A stretch of DNA of 62,763 bases, the filler included, from Coriobacteriales bacterium (GTDB lineage Bacteria > Actinomycetota > Coriobacteriia > Coriobacteriales > UBA8131): NCBI GenBank assembly GCA_031263105.1. It is 5 parts of 5 records of this genome, joined end to end, with 100 filler letters (N's around TTAATTAATTAA, not from the genome) between each part and the next. Parts side by side here need not be neighbours in the genome. Positions count along the whole stretch, not along the records: positions 10,117 to 19,827 come from JAISGJ010000023.1; positions 19,928 to 33,357 come from JAISGJ010000025.1; 3 more parts are not named here. One strand, written 5' to 3'. The notes under the pieces are model-generated. The model ran no database searches. It was not told the DNA's origin and saw nothing but the letters and a program-made list of their open reading frames with translations. Positions 16,460 through 26,512 of this stretch are shown one piece after another; positions within the stretch are counted from its first letter, which is position 1; every line of letters starts with the position of its first letter. Position numbers and translations under genes: made by a program.

Positions 16460-19400
16460 CTATCTCGCCCGCTTCCAATGCGCGTAGAGGGTGACGGCCC
16501 GGGTGGCCTTCGTCGAGGCCGTCACCTTGGTGCCGCCGGACCTCTTGGTGTACCAGCCATCGAACTTGTAGCCTGTGCGCTTGGGCGTGGCGAGCCTGCC
16601 GAACTTGGCGTCGTAGGACCTCTTTGTGGAGGAAATCGCGGACTTGCCGAGCTTGCCGCCGTTGGCGTTGAGCTTGACGGTGTAGCTCTTGGCCTTCCAG
16701 TGGGCGTAGAGGGTGACGCTCCTTGTGGCCTTCGTGGCGGCCGTGACCCTCGTGCCCTTTGCCTTGCCGGTGAACCAGCCTTTGAAGATGTAGCCGGTGC
16801 GCTTCGGCGTGCTCAATTTGCCGATGGCCGCGCCCTTGGCGCGCACCAGGGACGCCCTGGCGGACTTGCCGACCTTGCCGCCGTTGGCGTTCAAGGTGAC
16901 GATGGGGCCGTTTGCCTTCCAGCGGGCGTAGAGGGTGACGCTGCGGGTGGCCTTCGTCCCGGTTGTGACCTTCGTGCCCTTGGACTTTGCGGTGTACCAG
17001 CCGAGGAAGGTGCAGTTTGCGCGGGCGGGCGCGGGCAGCGCGCCGAGCGCCGTGCCGTAGGTGCGCCTGAAGGAGGAGGCTGTCTTGGCGGGCATCCTGC
17101 CGCCGTTGGCGTCGAGCCTGACGGTGCAGACGCCCTTCTTCCAGTGGGCGTAGTAGGTCGCGTCGCCCGTGACCTTCGTCGAGGCGGTGACCCTCGTGCC
17201 CGCCGTCTTGCCCGTGTACCAGCCGAGGAAGGTGTGGCCCGTGCGCGTGGGCGTGGGCAGCGCGCCGAGCGCGGAGCCCTTCGCCCTCTTCAGAGAGGCG
17301 GACGCCGCCTTGCCGACCTTGCCGCCGTTCGCGTCGAGCCTGACCGTGTACTGCCAGTCGGGCGGGCGGGCCGCGGCGCTCGCGTTGAGCTTGAGCGCCA
17401 CGGGGGCCGCGTTCAGGGTGGAGGCGATGTCGGGCGAGGAGTCGTACACGCGCTCGGCCCGCCCGAGGTAGGAGAGCGGCGAGGCCTGCCAGGCGAAGAT
17501 GCGGTGCGTCCCCGCTACGGCGGAGCCGGTCGTGTAGGCGAAGGAGGAGTAGTCCGCAGGCAGGGAGACGGAGCCCGTGCGCGAGGCGGAGCCTGCCGCG
17601 TAGTAGGCGAGGGTGCGCGGGTAGGGCGCCGTCTCCAGGTAGGCCAGCACGTAGTGCCCGGTGCCGACGTTGCCGTAGTAGGCGTCGATGGCCGGCGTGG
17701 CCGCGTCCTTGGCGAACGCGCGAACCGTGGCGGCGGGCGCGATGGAGACGGAGGTGGAGGGGTCGCCGATGGCTTCGTGGCCACCGCCGATTCCGGCGCC
17801 GGAACGATCGCCGTTGCTGTATTCGTCGTTTTTGCCGCCAATCGCCCAGACCGTGCCGCCGGTGATGCTTATGGTGCCGCCCGATCCTTCGTTGCCGCCG
17901 CCGATGCCAGCGCCGCCGCCCCAGCTGCTGCGACCGCTGCCGGTGGCCGTGACCGTGCCGCCGGAGATTGTGATGGTGCCGCCCTTTCCTCCGCCGTCGC
18001 CGCCGCCGATACCGGCACCGTGGCCGTTTTCGCCGCTCGCTGTGATCGTGCCGCCGGAGATTGTGATAATACCGCCGTCTCCGGTACCGGCATCATCGAG
18101 CCAGCCAGCGTTGTCGCCCCCGCCGATGCCCGCCCCCCAACTGTTGCTGGTCGCGATAACCGTGCCGCCCGTGATGGTTATGGCACCGCCATCGCCGCCG
18201 CCGCCGCCGCCGCCGATGCCCGCGCCGCCGCCGCCGGTCGCCGTGACGTGAGCCGCGCCGCTGATGGTTATGGTGCCACCCGAACCACCGTCACCGCCAC
18301 CGATACCAGCACCGCCGCTGCCGGTCGCCGAGACGTGAGCTGTGCCGCTGATGCTTATGCTCCCGCCGCCGCCGCCGCCGCCACCACCAATACCAGCACC
18401 ATCTGCACTTCCGGTCGCGGTGACAGTGCCGCCGTTGACGACAATCGTGCCCCCATTGCCGCCCTCACCGCCGCCGATGCCTGCGCCGTCGGTACCGTTC
18501 CAAGTATTGCCGCTCGCGGTGACAGTGCCACCGGAAATCGTGACAGTGCCACCCGAACCACCGTCACCGCCACCGATACCAGCACCGCCGCCGCTACCGC
18601 CAATCGCGGTGACCGTGCCGCCGGAAATCGTAACGGCTCCGCCCCCGCCTCTGCCGCCCCCGCCGATGCCTGCGCCGCCACCCCAGCTGCCGTTGCAGGT
18701 TGCGGTGACCGTGCCACCCTTGATGACGACCGTGCCATTGGTGCCGCCATTGGTGCCGCCGATGCCAGCAGCGTCACTGTTGCCCGCCACCGCCAGCTTC
18801 CCCCTGCCTTGGATGGTCAGTGCAGCATTCGGCGTCACCTCTATCCCGGCACCATCGTTTGACTCCAACTTACTCTCGCCCTCGAGTGTGAGGGTCAGCC
18901 TCGCACTCCCCTCCAACCTGATGCAAGGGAGGTTCGTCAAGAGACTGATACCCTTGAGGACGAGTGTAGTGCTGACACCGTCCGCCACCACGATGCCCAA
19001 GGCGTTCTGGCCACCGGTGCGGATGAGGGCGTAGGTGTTCCCCTTGGCACCCGCCGTGAAGGTTATCACCTTGGTCGTGGCGTCCCAGGTGTAGCCCGTG
19101 CCGTTTGCGACACCGGCGGACACGTCGATGGTGTAGCTCGCCAGGGGCACGAGGTCGCCCGTCTCTCCCTCTGCCTCAGCAGGGGGCACGACGGAATCTT
19201 CCGCATCTTGGGAGACACCCCGCACGGCGTCAAAGTCGGTGCCCTGTGTGATGTCGCCAGCTTCCCCTTCGACGCCGGGCCCGGCATCCGGCCCGACTGC
19301 GGGCTCTGCGTCCCGTGCGCTGTCGGGCTCGGCGGCCTGTACGTCGCCGGGGTCGCCGTCCGGCTCGGTGCCGGCTTCGGCTCCCTGTGCGCCGCCGGCG

Positions 19401-19678
19401 TCTCCTTCGACGGCAGGGGCAACATCCGGCCAGACGACGTCCCCGGCATCCTCCCCCGCCCCAGCGCCCAACTCGAAGCCGCCCTCGACATCCTCCCCCG
19501 CCCCAGCATCCTGCGCGGCCCCAGGGGCCGCGGCCGCCTCCGTGCCCGGCCCGTCTGCCGCCTCGGCCCCGTAGGCGACGGGCGCGCCCGCAAGCGAGAG
19601 TGCGAGCACGGCCGCCAGGAGGCAGGCCAGTGCCTTGCGCGGCGCGTCCTTGCGCGGCGCTGCGTGTGCGTGTTCCAT
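16460..19678 (-). CDS. Large surface protein with glycine-rich GAGIGGG (beta-solenoid-like) repeats and four InlB B-type repeats
   Basis: Signal peptide (LLAAVLALSLAGAPVAYG), acidic linker, about 10 GAGIGGG...ITISGGTVTA units, four ANGG...GWYT/GWFT...WK repeats. Confidence 0.88.
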   Translation of the reverse strand: MEHAHAAPRKDAPRKALACLLAAVLALSLAGAPVAYGAEAADGPGTEAAAAPGAAQDAGAGEDVEGGFELGAGAGEDAGDVVWPDVAPAVEGDAGGAQGAEAGTEPDGDPGDVQAAEPDSARDAEPAVGPDAGPGVEGEAGDITQGTDFDAVRGVSQDAEDSVVPPAEAEGETGDLVPLASYTIDVSAGVANGTGYTWDATTKVITFTAGAKGNTYALIRTGGQNALGIVVADGVSTTLVLKGISLLTNLPCIRLEGSARLTLTLEGESKLESNDGAGIEVTPNAALTIQGRGKLAVAGNSDAAGIGGTNGGTNGTVVIKGGTVTATCNGSWGGGAGIGGGGRGGGGAVTISGGTVTAIGGSGGGAGIGGGDGGSGGTVTISGGTVTASGNTWNGTDGAGIGGGEGGNGGTIVVNGGTVTATGSADGAGIGGGGGGGGGSISISGTAHVSATGSGGAGIGGGDGGSGGTITISGAAHVTATGGGGAGIGGGGGGGDGGAITITGGTVIATSNSWGAGIGGGDNAGWLDDAGTGDGGIITISGGTITASGENGHGAGIGGGDGGGKGGTITISGGTVTATGSGRSSWGGGAGIGGGNEGSGGTISITGGTVWAIGGKNDEYSNGDRSGAGIGGGHEAIGDPSTSVSIAPAATVRAFAKDAATPAIDAYYGNVGTGHYVLAYLETAPYPRTLAYYAAGSASRTGSVSLPADYSSFAYTTGSAVAGTHRIFAWQASPLSYLGRAERVYDSSPDIASTLNAAPVALKLNASAAARPPDWQYTVRLDANGGKVGKAASASLKRAKGSALGALPTPTRTGHTFLGWYTGKTAGTRVTASTKVTGDATYYAHWKKGVCTVRLDANGGRMPAKTASSFRRTYGTALGALPAPARANCTFLGWYTAKSKGTKVTTGTKATRSVTLYARWKANGPIVTLNANGGKVGKSARASLVRAKGAAIGKLSTPKRTGYIFKGWFTGKAKGTRVTAATKATRSVTLYAHWKAKSYTVKLNANGGKLGKSAISSTKRSYDAKFGRLATPKRTGYKFDGWYTKRSGGTKVTASTKATRAVTLYAHWKRAR

Positions 19679-19827
19679 GGTGGTTCCCCTTCTGCTGTTC
19701 CGAGCGTTCCCTGTGCGGGCAGCCGCAAGCAGGCCCGGCCGCGCGCGCCGCTCGGCGGCGCTGGCGGACGGCACCCTCTCGGCACCGTACATTCTTCCAA
19801 CCGCGTGGGGGGGGGGGGGGGGCCGCG

Positions 19828-19927
19828 NNNNNNNNNNNNNNNNNNNNNNNNNNNNNNNNNNNNNNNNNNNNTTAATTAATTAANNNNNNNNNNNNNNNNN
19901 NNNNNNNNNNNNNNNNNNNNNNNNNNN
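19828..19927. other. Artificial contig spacer
   Basis: N44-TTAATTAATTAA-N44. Confidence 0.98.
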
Positions 19928-20035
19928 CCGTCCCCCCTGTCACAAGGCGGACCGTCCCCACCGTCCCCCCTGTCACAAACCGTGCCGTCCCCACCGTCCC
20001 CGCCGTCACAAGGCGGACCGTCCCCACCGTCACCG
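19928..20035. repeat. Degenerate ~33-bp tandem repeat (CCGTCCCC..TGTCAC) at the contig start
   Basis: Units at about 19928, 19961, 19994. Confidence 0.7.
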
Positions 20036-22963
20036 CTCGCCCGCCGGCCCGCAGACCACACGGGAGACCGCATGAGCAGCATCCTCGGGCCGCGCGAGCT
20101 TGCCGCCCTCGACCCTACACATACCACCGCCCGCTGCAAGCAGTGCTCCAACGCCTGCCTCCTCACCATCACCACCTTCGGCACCGACCCTGCGACCGGC
20201 AAGAGCCGCCGCTTCGTCACGGGCAACCGCTGCGAGAGGGGCGCGGGAATAAGGCCTCCGGTAGCAGACCTGCCCAACCTGTTCGCCTACAAGAACGGGC
20301 GCCTGTTCGAGGGCACGCCCGCCAGGCCCTACGTCCCCTTGGCCCCCAGCGAGGCCGCACGCCCCACCGTGGGGCTGCCGCGCGTCCTCAACATGTACGA
20401 GAACTACCCGTTCTGGTTCACGTTCTTCCGCAAGCTCGGCTTCGCCACGGTGCTCTCCGAGGAGACCCGCAAATCCACCTACGAGGCGGGCATCGAGTCC
20501 ATGCCGTCGGAGAGCGTGTGCTATCCCGCCAAGCTCAGCCACGGCCACATCATGGACCTGCTCAAGCCGGAGCGTGGCATCGACCTCGTCTTCATGCCCT
20601 GCATCCGCTACGAGCGCCGGGAGGACGAGGGTGCGCCGAACCACTTCAACTGCCCCGTCGTCGTCAGCTACCCCGAGGTCATCAAGCTCAACGTGGAGGA
20701 GCTGCGGACCTCGCCCGTGGCCTTCCTCAACCCCTTTTTGCCCTACGACCACCGCAAGCGCTTCATCGAGCGGGCGCACGAGGAGCTTGCGGCCTACTTT
20801 GCCGCGCATCCCGAGGCCAAGGGCGCAGCGCCCAGCCTGGCAGAGGTCGCACGGGCAACCGACGCCGCCTGGGCAGAGGACGAGGCGTTCAAGGGCGACA
20901 TCCGCCGCGCAGGCGAGGACGCCCTCGCATGGATGGAGGAGACCGGGACCCACGGCATCGTGCTGGCCGGGCGGCCCTACCACATCGACCCGGAGATCAA
21001 CCACGCCATCCCTGAGCTGCTTGCGGGCTTCGGCCTCGCGGTGCTCACGGAGGACAGCATCTCGCACCTCGTCAAGCCCGAGCGGCCGCTGCGCGTCGTC
21101 GACCAGTGGATGTACCACTCCCGCCTCTACGCCGCCGCCAAGCTCTGCACGCTGCGCAGCGACCTCGACCTCATCCAGCTCAACAGCTTCGGCTGCGGAC
21201 TCGACGCCATCACCACCGACCAGGTGCAGGAGATTCTCGAGGCGGCGGGCAAGCTCTACACGGTGCTCAAGATAGACGAGGTGAGCAACCTCGGCGCCGC
21301 GCGCATCCGCGTCCGCTCGCTCCTCGCCGCCCTGCGCGAGCAGGGGGCGTCCCGCCGGGTCGGGGGAGGGCGTCGGGGGCTACTCCGCGAAACGACGGCT
21401 CGGGCGGAGGATTCTGCGCAACAAGCTCCGCTTCGCATACGGGGGTTCGCGCAAGCGCTCCCCTTTCTCGCTGGCAAGGCGCCACTGGCGCCTTGCCCGG
21501 GCGCTCGAAACGTGCAGATTGCGCACCCGAATCCTCCGCCCGAGCCGTCTCGCTCCGCACAGCCCCCGACGCCCTCCCCCGACCCCTCACGAGGTATTGG
21601 CTCGCGCGGGGCGGCCCGCAGCGGAGAGGGAGTAGCGGACGCGTGCGTGCCGGAGGTAAAGGGGGAAGGGGGGGTGGCGACAGGCCGCCCCGCTCCCTCA
21701 ACCGCCATCGAGAAGCCGAGGTTCACTAAGGGGATGAAGGAGGAGGGGTGGACCATCCTCTCGCCGCAGATGGCGCCCATACACTTCGAGCTGCTCATCA
21801 AGGTGTTCAAGAAGGTGGGCTACAACCTCGAGCTGCTGCCCTCGGTGGACCCCGGTGCCGTCGACGCGGGGCTCAAGTACGCCAACAACGACATCTGCTA
21901 CCCCTCCATCCTCGTCACGGGGCAGATCATGGAGGCGGTGACGAGCGGGCGCTACGACATGGACCGCACAGCGGTCATCATCACCCAGACCGGCGGGGGC
22001 TGCCGGGCCACCAACTACATCGCGCTCATCCGCAAGGCGCTGCGCGAGGCCGGCCTTGCGCACGTCCCCGTCATCGCGCTCAGCTTCCACGACATCGGCG
22101 GCGAGAGCAACCCCGGCTTCGGCGTCTCCCCCGAGATGCTGCGCCGCGCCATCTACTCCTTCTTCTACGGCGACCTGCTCATGCAGTGCCTCTACCGCAC
22201 GCGCCCCTACGAGAAGGTCGAAGGCTCGGCCCAGGCGCTCTTCGACACGTGGATGGAGGCCTGCGGCGAGCAGATGCTCGGCAGGCTCACGCACCGCATC
22301 TTTCGCCGGACGGTGCAGCGGATCGTCCATGGGTTCGACACCTTGCCGCTCGTGGACGACCGCTCCAAGCCGCGCGTGGGCGTCGTCGGCGAGATCCTCG
22401 TGAAGTTCCACCCCACGGCCAACAACGGCATCGTCGAGGTCATCGAGGGAGAGGGCTGCGAGGTCGTGGTGCCGGGGCTGAGCGAGTTCTTCCTCTTCGG
22501 CATCTCCAACGGCATCTGGCAGCACCAGGAGCTGGCGAAGCCCAAAAAGTCCGCCCTGGGCTCCAGGGCCGCCATCGCGCTGTTCGGCCTCATGCGCCGC
22601 CCCCTCGTCAAGGCCCTGCGCGCGAGCGAGCGCTTCGAGCCGCCCGCGACCATCTACGAGCTTGCGGACTTTGCGCGCGAGGTGCTGAGCCTCTGCAACT
22701 CCATGGGCGAGGGCTGGCTCCTGACCGCCGAGATGCTCGAACTCGTCCACACCGGCACGCCGAACATCGTCTGCACGCAGCCCTTCGCCTGCCTGCCCAA
22801 CCACGTGACGGGCAAGGGCGTGATAAAGGAGCTGCGCCGCCTCAACCCCGCCTCGAACATCGTGGCCGTCGACTACGACCCCGGCGCCAGCGAGGTCAAC
22901 CAGCTCAACCGCATCAAGCTCATGATCTCGATAGCCAAGAGCAACTTCGCTGCCGAAATGTGA
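19982..22963 (+). CDS. CoA-substrate-specific enzyme activase / 2-hydroxyacyl-CoA dehydratase-related protein (DUF2229), 5' part missing
   Basis: CKQCSNAC, GNRCERG, ESVCYPAK, GRPYHIDPEINH, NSFGCGLD, GGGCRATNY, QPFACLPNH. Confidence 0.9.
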   Translation: MPSPPSPPSQGGPSPPSPLARRPADHTGDRMSSILGPRELAALDPTHTTARCKQCSNACLLTITTFGTDPATGKSRRFVTGNRCERGAGIRPPVADLPNLFAYKNGRLFEGTPARPYVPLAPSEAARPTVGLPRVLNMYENYPFWFTFFRKLGFATVLSEETRKSTYEAGIESMPSESVCYPAKLSHGHIMDLLKPERGIDLVFMPCIRYERREDEGAPNHFNCPVVVSYPEVIKLNVEELRTSPVAFLNPFLPYDHRKRFIERAHEELAAYFAAHPEAKGAAPSLAEVARATDAAWAEDEAFKGDIRRAGEDALAWMEETGTHGIVLAGRPYHIDPEINHAIPELLAGFGLAVLTEDSISHLVKPERPLRVVDQWMYHSRLYAAAKLCTLRSDLDLIQLNSFGCGLDAITTDQVQEILEAAGKLYTVLKIDEVSNLGAARIRVRSLLAALREQGASRRVGGGRRGLLRETTARAEDSAQQAPLRIRGFAQALPFLAGKAPLAPCPGARNVQIAHPNPPPEPSRSAQPPTPSPDPSRGIGSRGAARSGEGVADACVPEVKGEGGVATGRPAPSTAIEKPRFTKGMKEEGWTILSPQMAPIHFELLIKVFKKVGYNLELLPSVDPGAVDAGLKYANNDICYPSILVTGQIMEAVTSGRYDMDRTAVIITQTGGGCRATNYIALIRKALREAGLAHVPVIALSFHDIGGESNPGFGVSPEMLRRAIYSFFYGDLLMQCLYRTRPYEKVEGSAQALFDTWMEACGEQMLGRLTHRIFRRTVQRIVHGFDTLPLVDDRSKPRVGVVGEILVKFHPTANNGIVEVIEGEGCEVVVPGLSEFFLFGISNGIWQHQELAKPKKSALGSRAAIALFGLMRRPLVKALRASERFEPPATIYELADFAREVLSLCNSMGEGWLLTAEMLELVHTGTPNIVCTQPFACLPNHVTGKGVIKELRRLNPASNIVAVDYDPGASEVNQLNRIKLMISIAKSNFAAEM
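21357..21585. repeat. Nested palindromic insert read in frame within the activase CDS
   Basis: Perfect 25-bp IR 21357-21381/21561-21585, 21-bp IR 21394-21414/21529-21549, central hairpin GGCAAGGCGCCA-C-TGGCGCCTTGCC. Confidence 0.85.
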
Positions 22964-23002
22964 CGGGGCTTCAATAGGGTGTTGTATCAGGGTTCAGCAT
23001 TG

Positions 23003-23227
23003 GTTACAGACAATATGAGTTCACACCCCACTGCCGTCCCGAGCCCCCACTGCCGTCCCGAGCCCCCACTGCCGTCCCGAGCCTGCCGAGGGATCCTCGG
23101 CCGCGCAAGCGGTCGACCGCAGGTCGAAGGGGCCACTGACCTGCCGTTGGACACGGCGTGTCCAAAGATTCCTCGGCGGAGCACGGAATGACAGTGGGGT
23201 GTGTAACCGTGTGTAACCGTGTGTAAC
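23003..23227. mobile_element. MITE-like palindromic element with perfect 8-bp target-site duplication
   Basis: CAGCATTG at 22995-23002 and 23228-23235; right terminus triplicated as GTGTAACC(GT). Confidence 0.9.
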
Positions 23228-23265
23228 CAGCATTGTGACTCGGGTGCCGGTCGGCGTACCGGTTC

Positions 23266-23295
23266 TTGACGGGCGGCGGAGGCCCATACTATGAT
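23266..23295 (+). promoter_or_regulatory. Putative sigma70-type promoter of the pilus operon
   Basis: TTGACG-N18-TATGAT. Confidence 0.5.
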
Positions 23296-23424
23296 GGCGC
23301 TGTCACGACGTGTCGGGACGCTTCTTTTGTGCAGAAGACGGGCAGACGCACCGTGGGGGAGTGGGAATACCTGTACCTGTACCTGTATCTGTGGTTTTTG
23401 AAACGAATCAGACAGGACTAGGGT

Positions 23425-24624
23425 ATGCCGCTTTACCGATACCGCGCCGTCGCCCTCGACGGCTCTCACCGCAACGGCAGCACCGAGGCCGCGACCGCCG
23501 AGGCGCTCGTCGCCTCCCTCAGGCAAGAAGGCCTCTACCTCACCACATGCTCGACCGCCGCCCCCGCACGGGAGGCCTACCGCCTCAAGACCGTCGAGGT
23601 GGCCGACTTCTGCCGCCAGCTGGGGGCGATGCTCTCGGCGGGCATCATGCTCATACGCGCGATGGGCATCCTCGCAGGGCGCGACCTGAAGGCCCCCCTC
23701 AGAAAGACCTACGAGAACATCATCGCCGAGCTGCAACGCGGCTCCACGCTCTCCGAGGCGATGGCGGGCCGGGGACGCGCCTTCCCCGAGCTCCTCGTCA
23801 ACATGGTCCGGGCGGGCGAGGGCACCGGGAGGCTCGACGCGGTCTGCGAGAAGATGGCGGTCACCTACGACAAGGAGCACCGCCTCGACTCGAAGCTCCA
23901 GCAGGCCCTTGTCTATCCCGCCATCCTCGTCGTGCTCGTCATCGGCGTGGTGCTCGTCATCTTCACCTTCGTGCTGCCGCAGTTCATGGGGCTGTTCGAG
24001 GGCATGGAGCTGCCTGTGCCCACCAAGGTCGTCATGGGCCTCTCGGGCTTCCTTGTCGCCCATGGCATCTGGCTGGCCGTCGGCGCGTCGGTGGCGGCGG
24101 CAGGGCTTGCGGCGCTGCTGCGCCGCCCACGGCCGCGAAGGGCGCTTGACCGCGTCCTGCTCCGCCTGCCTAAGATCGGGCGCCTGCTCTGCATCATCTA
24201 CACCGCGCGCTTCGCACGCACGCTCTCGTCGCTGTACGCAAGCGGCATCCCGATGATCAAGGCCCTCGCCATCGCGCGCGGCACCGTCGGCAACACGTAC
24301 ATCGAGGCCCAGTTCGGCACCGTCCTCCAGGCGCTCGGCAACGGGCACACGCTCTCCGGGGCCCTTGGCGCGGTGGACGGCTTCGAGCCCAAGCTGCGCT
24401 CGACCATCCTTATCGGGGAGGAGAGCGGCAACCTCGAGAAGATGCTCGAATCCATCGCCGAGCAGTACGAGTACGACTCCGAGATGGCGTCACAGCGCCT
24501 CGTGTCGTTGGTGGAGCCCGTGCTCATCGTCGTCATGGCGGCAATCGTCGCCTTCGTCATCGTCTCGGTCCTCCTGCCGGTCTACCAGATGTACGCGGGA
24601 ATCGGCGATGAGGGAGGGGCGTAG
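23425..24624 (+). CDS. pilC: Type IV pilus/T2SS platform protein PilC/GspF
   Basis: FCRQLGAMLSAGI, MVRAGEGTGRLD, ALVYP, IGEESGNLEKML, LVEP. Confidence 0.93.
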   Translation: MPLYRYRAVALDGSHRNGSTEAATAEALVASLRQEGLYLTTCSTAAPAREAYRLKTVEVADFCRQLGAMLSAGIMLIRAMGILAGRDLKAPLRKTYENIIAELQRGSTLSEAMAGRGRAFPELLVNMVRAGEGTGRLDAVCEKMAVTYDKEHRLDSKLQQALVYPAILVVLVIGVVLVIFTFVLPQFMGLFEGMELPVPTKVVMGLSGFLVAHGIWLAVGASVAAAGLAALLRRPRPRRALDRVLLRLPKIGRLLCIIYTARFARTLSSLYASGIPMIKALAIARGTVGNTYIEAQFGTVLQALGNGHTLSGALGAVDGFEPKLRSTILIGEESGNLEKMLESIAEQYEYDSEMASQRLVSLVEPVLIVVMAAIVAFVIVSVLLPVYQMYAGIGDEGGA

Positions 24625-24628
24625 CCCG

Positions 24629-25546
24629 ATGAAAGGCAGGATGCTGCTCTCGCTGTACTGCTCCCCCTCCCATCTGCGCCTCCTCGTCGGCAGCGTGAGC
24701 GGCCGGCAGGCCACGGTGGACGAGTTCAGGGAGATACCGCTGCCGGAGCGCTCGACGATCAACGGCATCATCACGGACCGGGACGCGATGCTGCGCTTCT
24801 TCGGCGGCGTCTCGCAGGAGTTCGGCCCGTACCGCCAGGACGCGGCGCTCGTCATAGAGAGCGGCAGCATCCGCACCCGCCTCATGACGCTGCCCGCCGT
24901 CAGACAAAAGAGGCTGCCCGCCTTCGTCCGGCAGGAGTTCGGCGAGACGGGTGGGGAGAAGGACGACGTGTTCGACTTCGCGGTCCTCGGCCCCGACCGT
25001 CGGCAGGGAGGGGTCGAGGTGCTCGGCATCGCAGCGGGCAAGGCGCTGCTGCGCAGCTACCTCGACGTCCTCGAGACGGCCGGCTTCAGGGTCAGGCGCA
25101 TCGACGTGGGCGCCAACGCCCTCGTGAAGGCCGCGCGCTTCGTCCCACAGCTGAGGGCCAGCAGCAGCATCCTGATGCACAGCGACGACGGCGCCCTCAC
25201 GATCGCCCTCTTCGAGCAGGGCAGGTACCGGATATCCCAGAGGTACCGCCTCCTGCACGCGCCTGCGTCCCCGGGGCACTTCCAGGAGGTGGCGGACAAC
25301 CTCTCCTCGATGGTGCAGTTCCAGAGGTCCCAGCACCGCGACCTCTCCATCGAGACCATCCATGTGCTCGGCGGGAGCGTCGGGCACCTGCAGGGCATCG
25401 TCGAGGCGACCCGCTTCCTCGAGATCCCCGTCGTCGCCCTCGACCTCGACGGGCAGGTGCGGCTCAAGGGGAAGGCGAGCTTCGACCAAGGGCGTTTCTC
25501 CAGCTCGCGGTTCCTGTACAACATCGGCACCCTGGCGCGGAGGTGA
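24629..25546 (+). CDS. pilM: PilM-like actin-fold pilus assembly protein
   Basis: Position after pilC; NGIITD, RIDVGANAL, IHVLGG. Confidence 0.75.
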   Translation: MKGRMLLSLYCSPSHLRLLVGSVSGRQATVDEFREIPLPERSTINGIITDRDAMLRFFGGVSQEFGPYRQDAALVIESGSIRTRLMTLPAVRQKRLPAFVRQEFGETGGEKDDVFDFAVLGPDRRQGGVEVLGIAAGKALLRSYLDVLETAGFRVRRIDVGANALVKAARFVPQLRASSSILMHSDDGALTIALFEQGRYRISQRYRLLHAPASPGHFQEVADNLSSMVQFQRSQHRDLSIETIHVLGGSVGHLQGIVEATRFLEIPVVALDLDGQVRLKGKASFDQGRFSSSRFLYNIGTLARR

Positions 25547-25555
25547 GGAGGGCCC

Positions 25556-26509
25556 GTGGCGCATAGGAAGGACATCGACCTCCTTGCGGCAATGAGGCAC
25601 GAGCGGCCCCGTGTGGACCCCCGTGCGCTCGTCGCCTGCCTGATCGGCCTCCCCGCCGTCGCTGCGCTCGTCACGCTGGGCGTCCTGTGGCTCGACGGGC
25701 AGACGGCCGTGCTGCGTGCCGAGCGGGACGGGCTGCAGGACTACGTGGAGGGCCGCCGCCTTGAGGACTCGCAGCTGCGGACGGAGGGGCTCCGCGAGCA
25801 GGCGGGAGAGATGCGCCTGCGTGCAGACGAGGTCACGGGAACCCTGTACCGCCTCTCCAGCTACCCCGACCTCACCGGGGCGGACATCGAGGCCGTCTAC
25901 GGCCTCGCGGGGGCGGAGAGCGAGCTTTCCGGCATCGCCTACGACCGGCGGACGGGCATCCTGAGCTTCTCTGCGGTCACGGGACAGGTGCACGCCATGC
26001 CCGCGTTCGTGCAGGGCCTGCGCCGATGCGGGATATTCTCCGACGTGCAGTACACCGGCTATGCGCACAGCATCCGCACCGTGACCGAACGGGACGGGGG
26101 CGGGGGCGGCGTTGCCGGGGGCGGGGGCGCTGCCGGAGGCGGGGGCGCGGCGGGAGGGGACGGGCCTGCCTCCGGAGAGGCGGGCGGCGGGGGCACCGTG
26201 ACGACCAGGAGCTACGAGGTGGACGAGTACCACTATGCGGTGACCTGCCAGGTGGCGAAGCCGCAGCCGCTCCTGCCTCCCCTGCCCCAGGATGCCTCGG
26301 AAGAGGGAGACGGGCAGGCCGCCGACGCGGCGGGGGCGGATGCGGGCGGCGGGGGCGGCGAGGCGGGCGGGGGCACAGCGAGTGGGGGCGGGGGCGCAGC
26401 GGGGGCGGATACGGGCGGCGGGGGCGCAGCGAGTGGGGGCGGGGGCGCGACGGCTACGGACGCGGGCGGCGGCGGCGCGGCAGACGCGAACGCGGGAGGC
26501 GGTGAGTAG
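25556..26509 (+). CDS. PilN-like membrane protein with glycine-rich insert and tail
   Basis: KDIDLL N-terminal motif, single TM, coiled coil, FVQGLRRCGIFSDVQY. Confidence 0.7.
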   Translation: MAHRKDIDLLAAMRHERPRVDPRALVACLIGLPAVAALVTLGVLWLDGQTAVLRAERDGLQDYVEGRRLEDSQLRTEGLREQAGEMRLRADEVTGTLYRLSSYPDLTGADIEAVYGLAGAESELSGIAYDRRTGILSFSAVTGQVHAMPAFVQGLRRCGIFSDVQYTGYAHSIRTVTERDGGGGGVAGGGGAAGGGGAAGGDGPASGEAGGGGTVTTRSYEVDEYHYAVTCQVAKPQPLLPPLPQDASEEGDGQAADAAGADAGGGGGEAGGGTASGGGGAAGADTGGGGAASGGGGATATDAGGGGAADANAGGGE

Positions 26510-26512
26510 CCG

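Noticed and set aside
23368..23391. TACCTG x3-4 microrepeat upstream of pilC
   Set aside because: Short and degenerate; no support for a regulatory or phase-variation role
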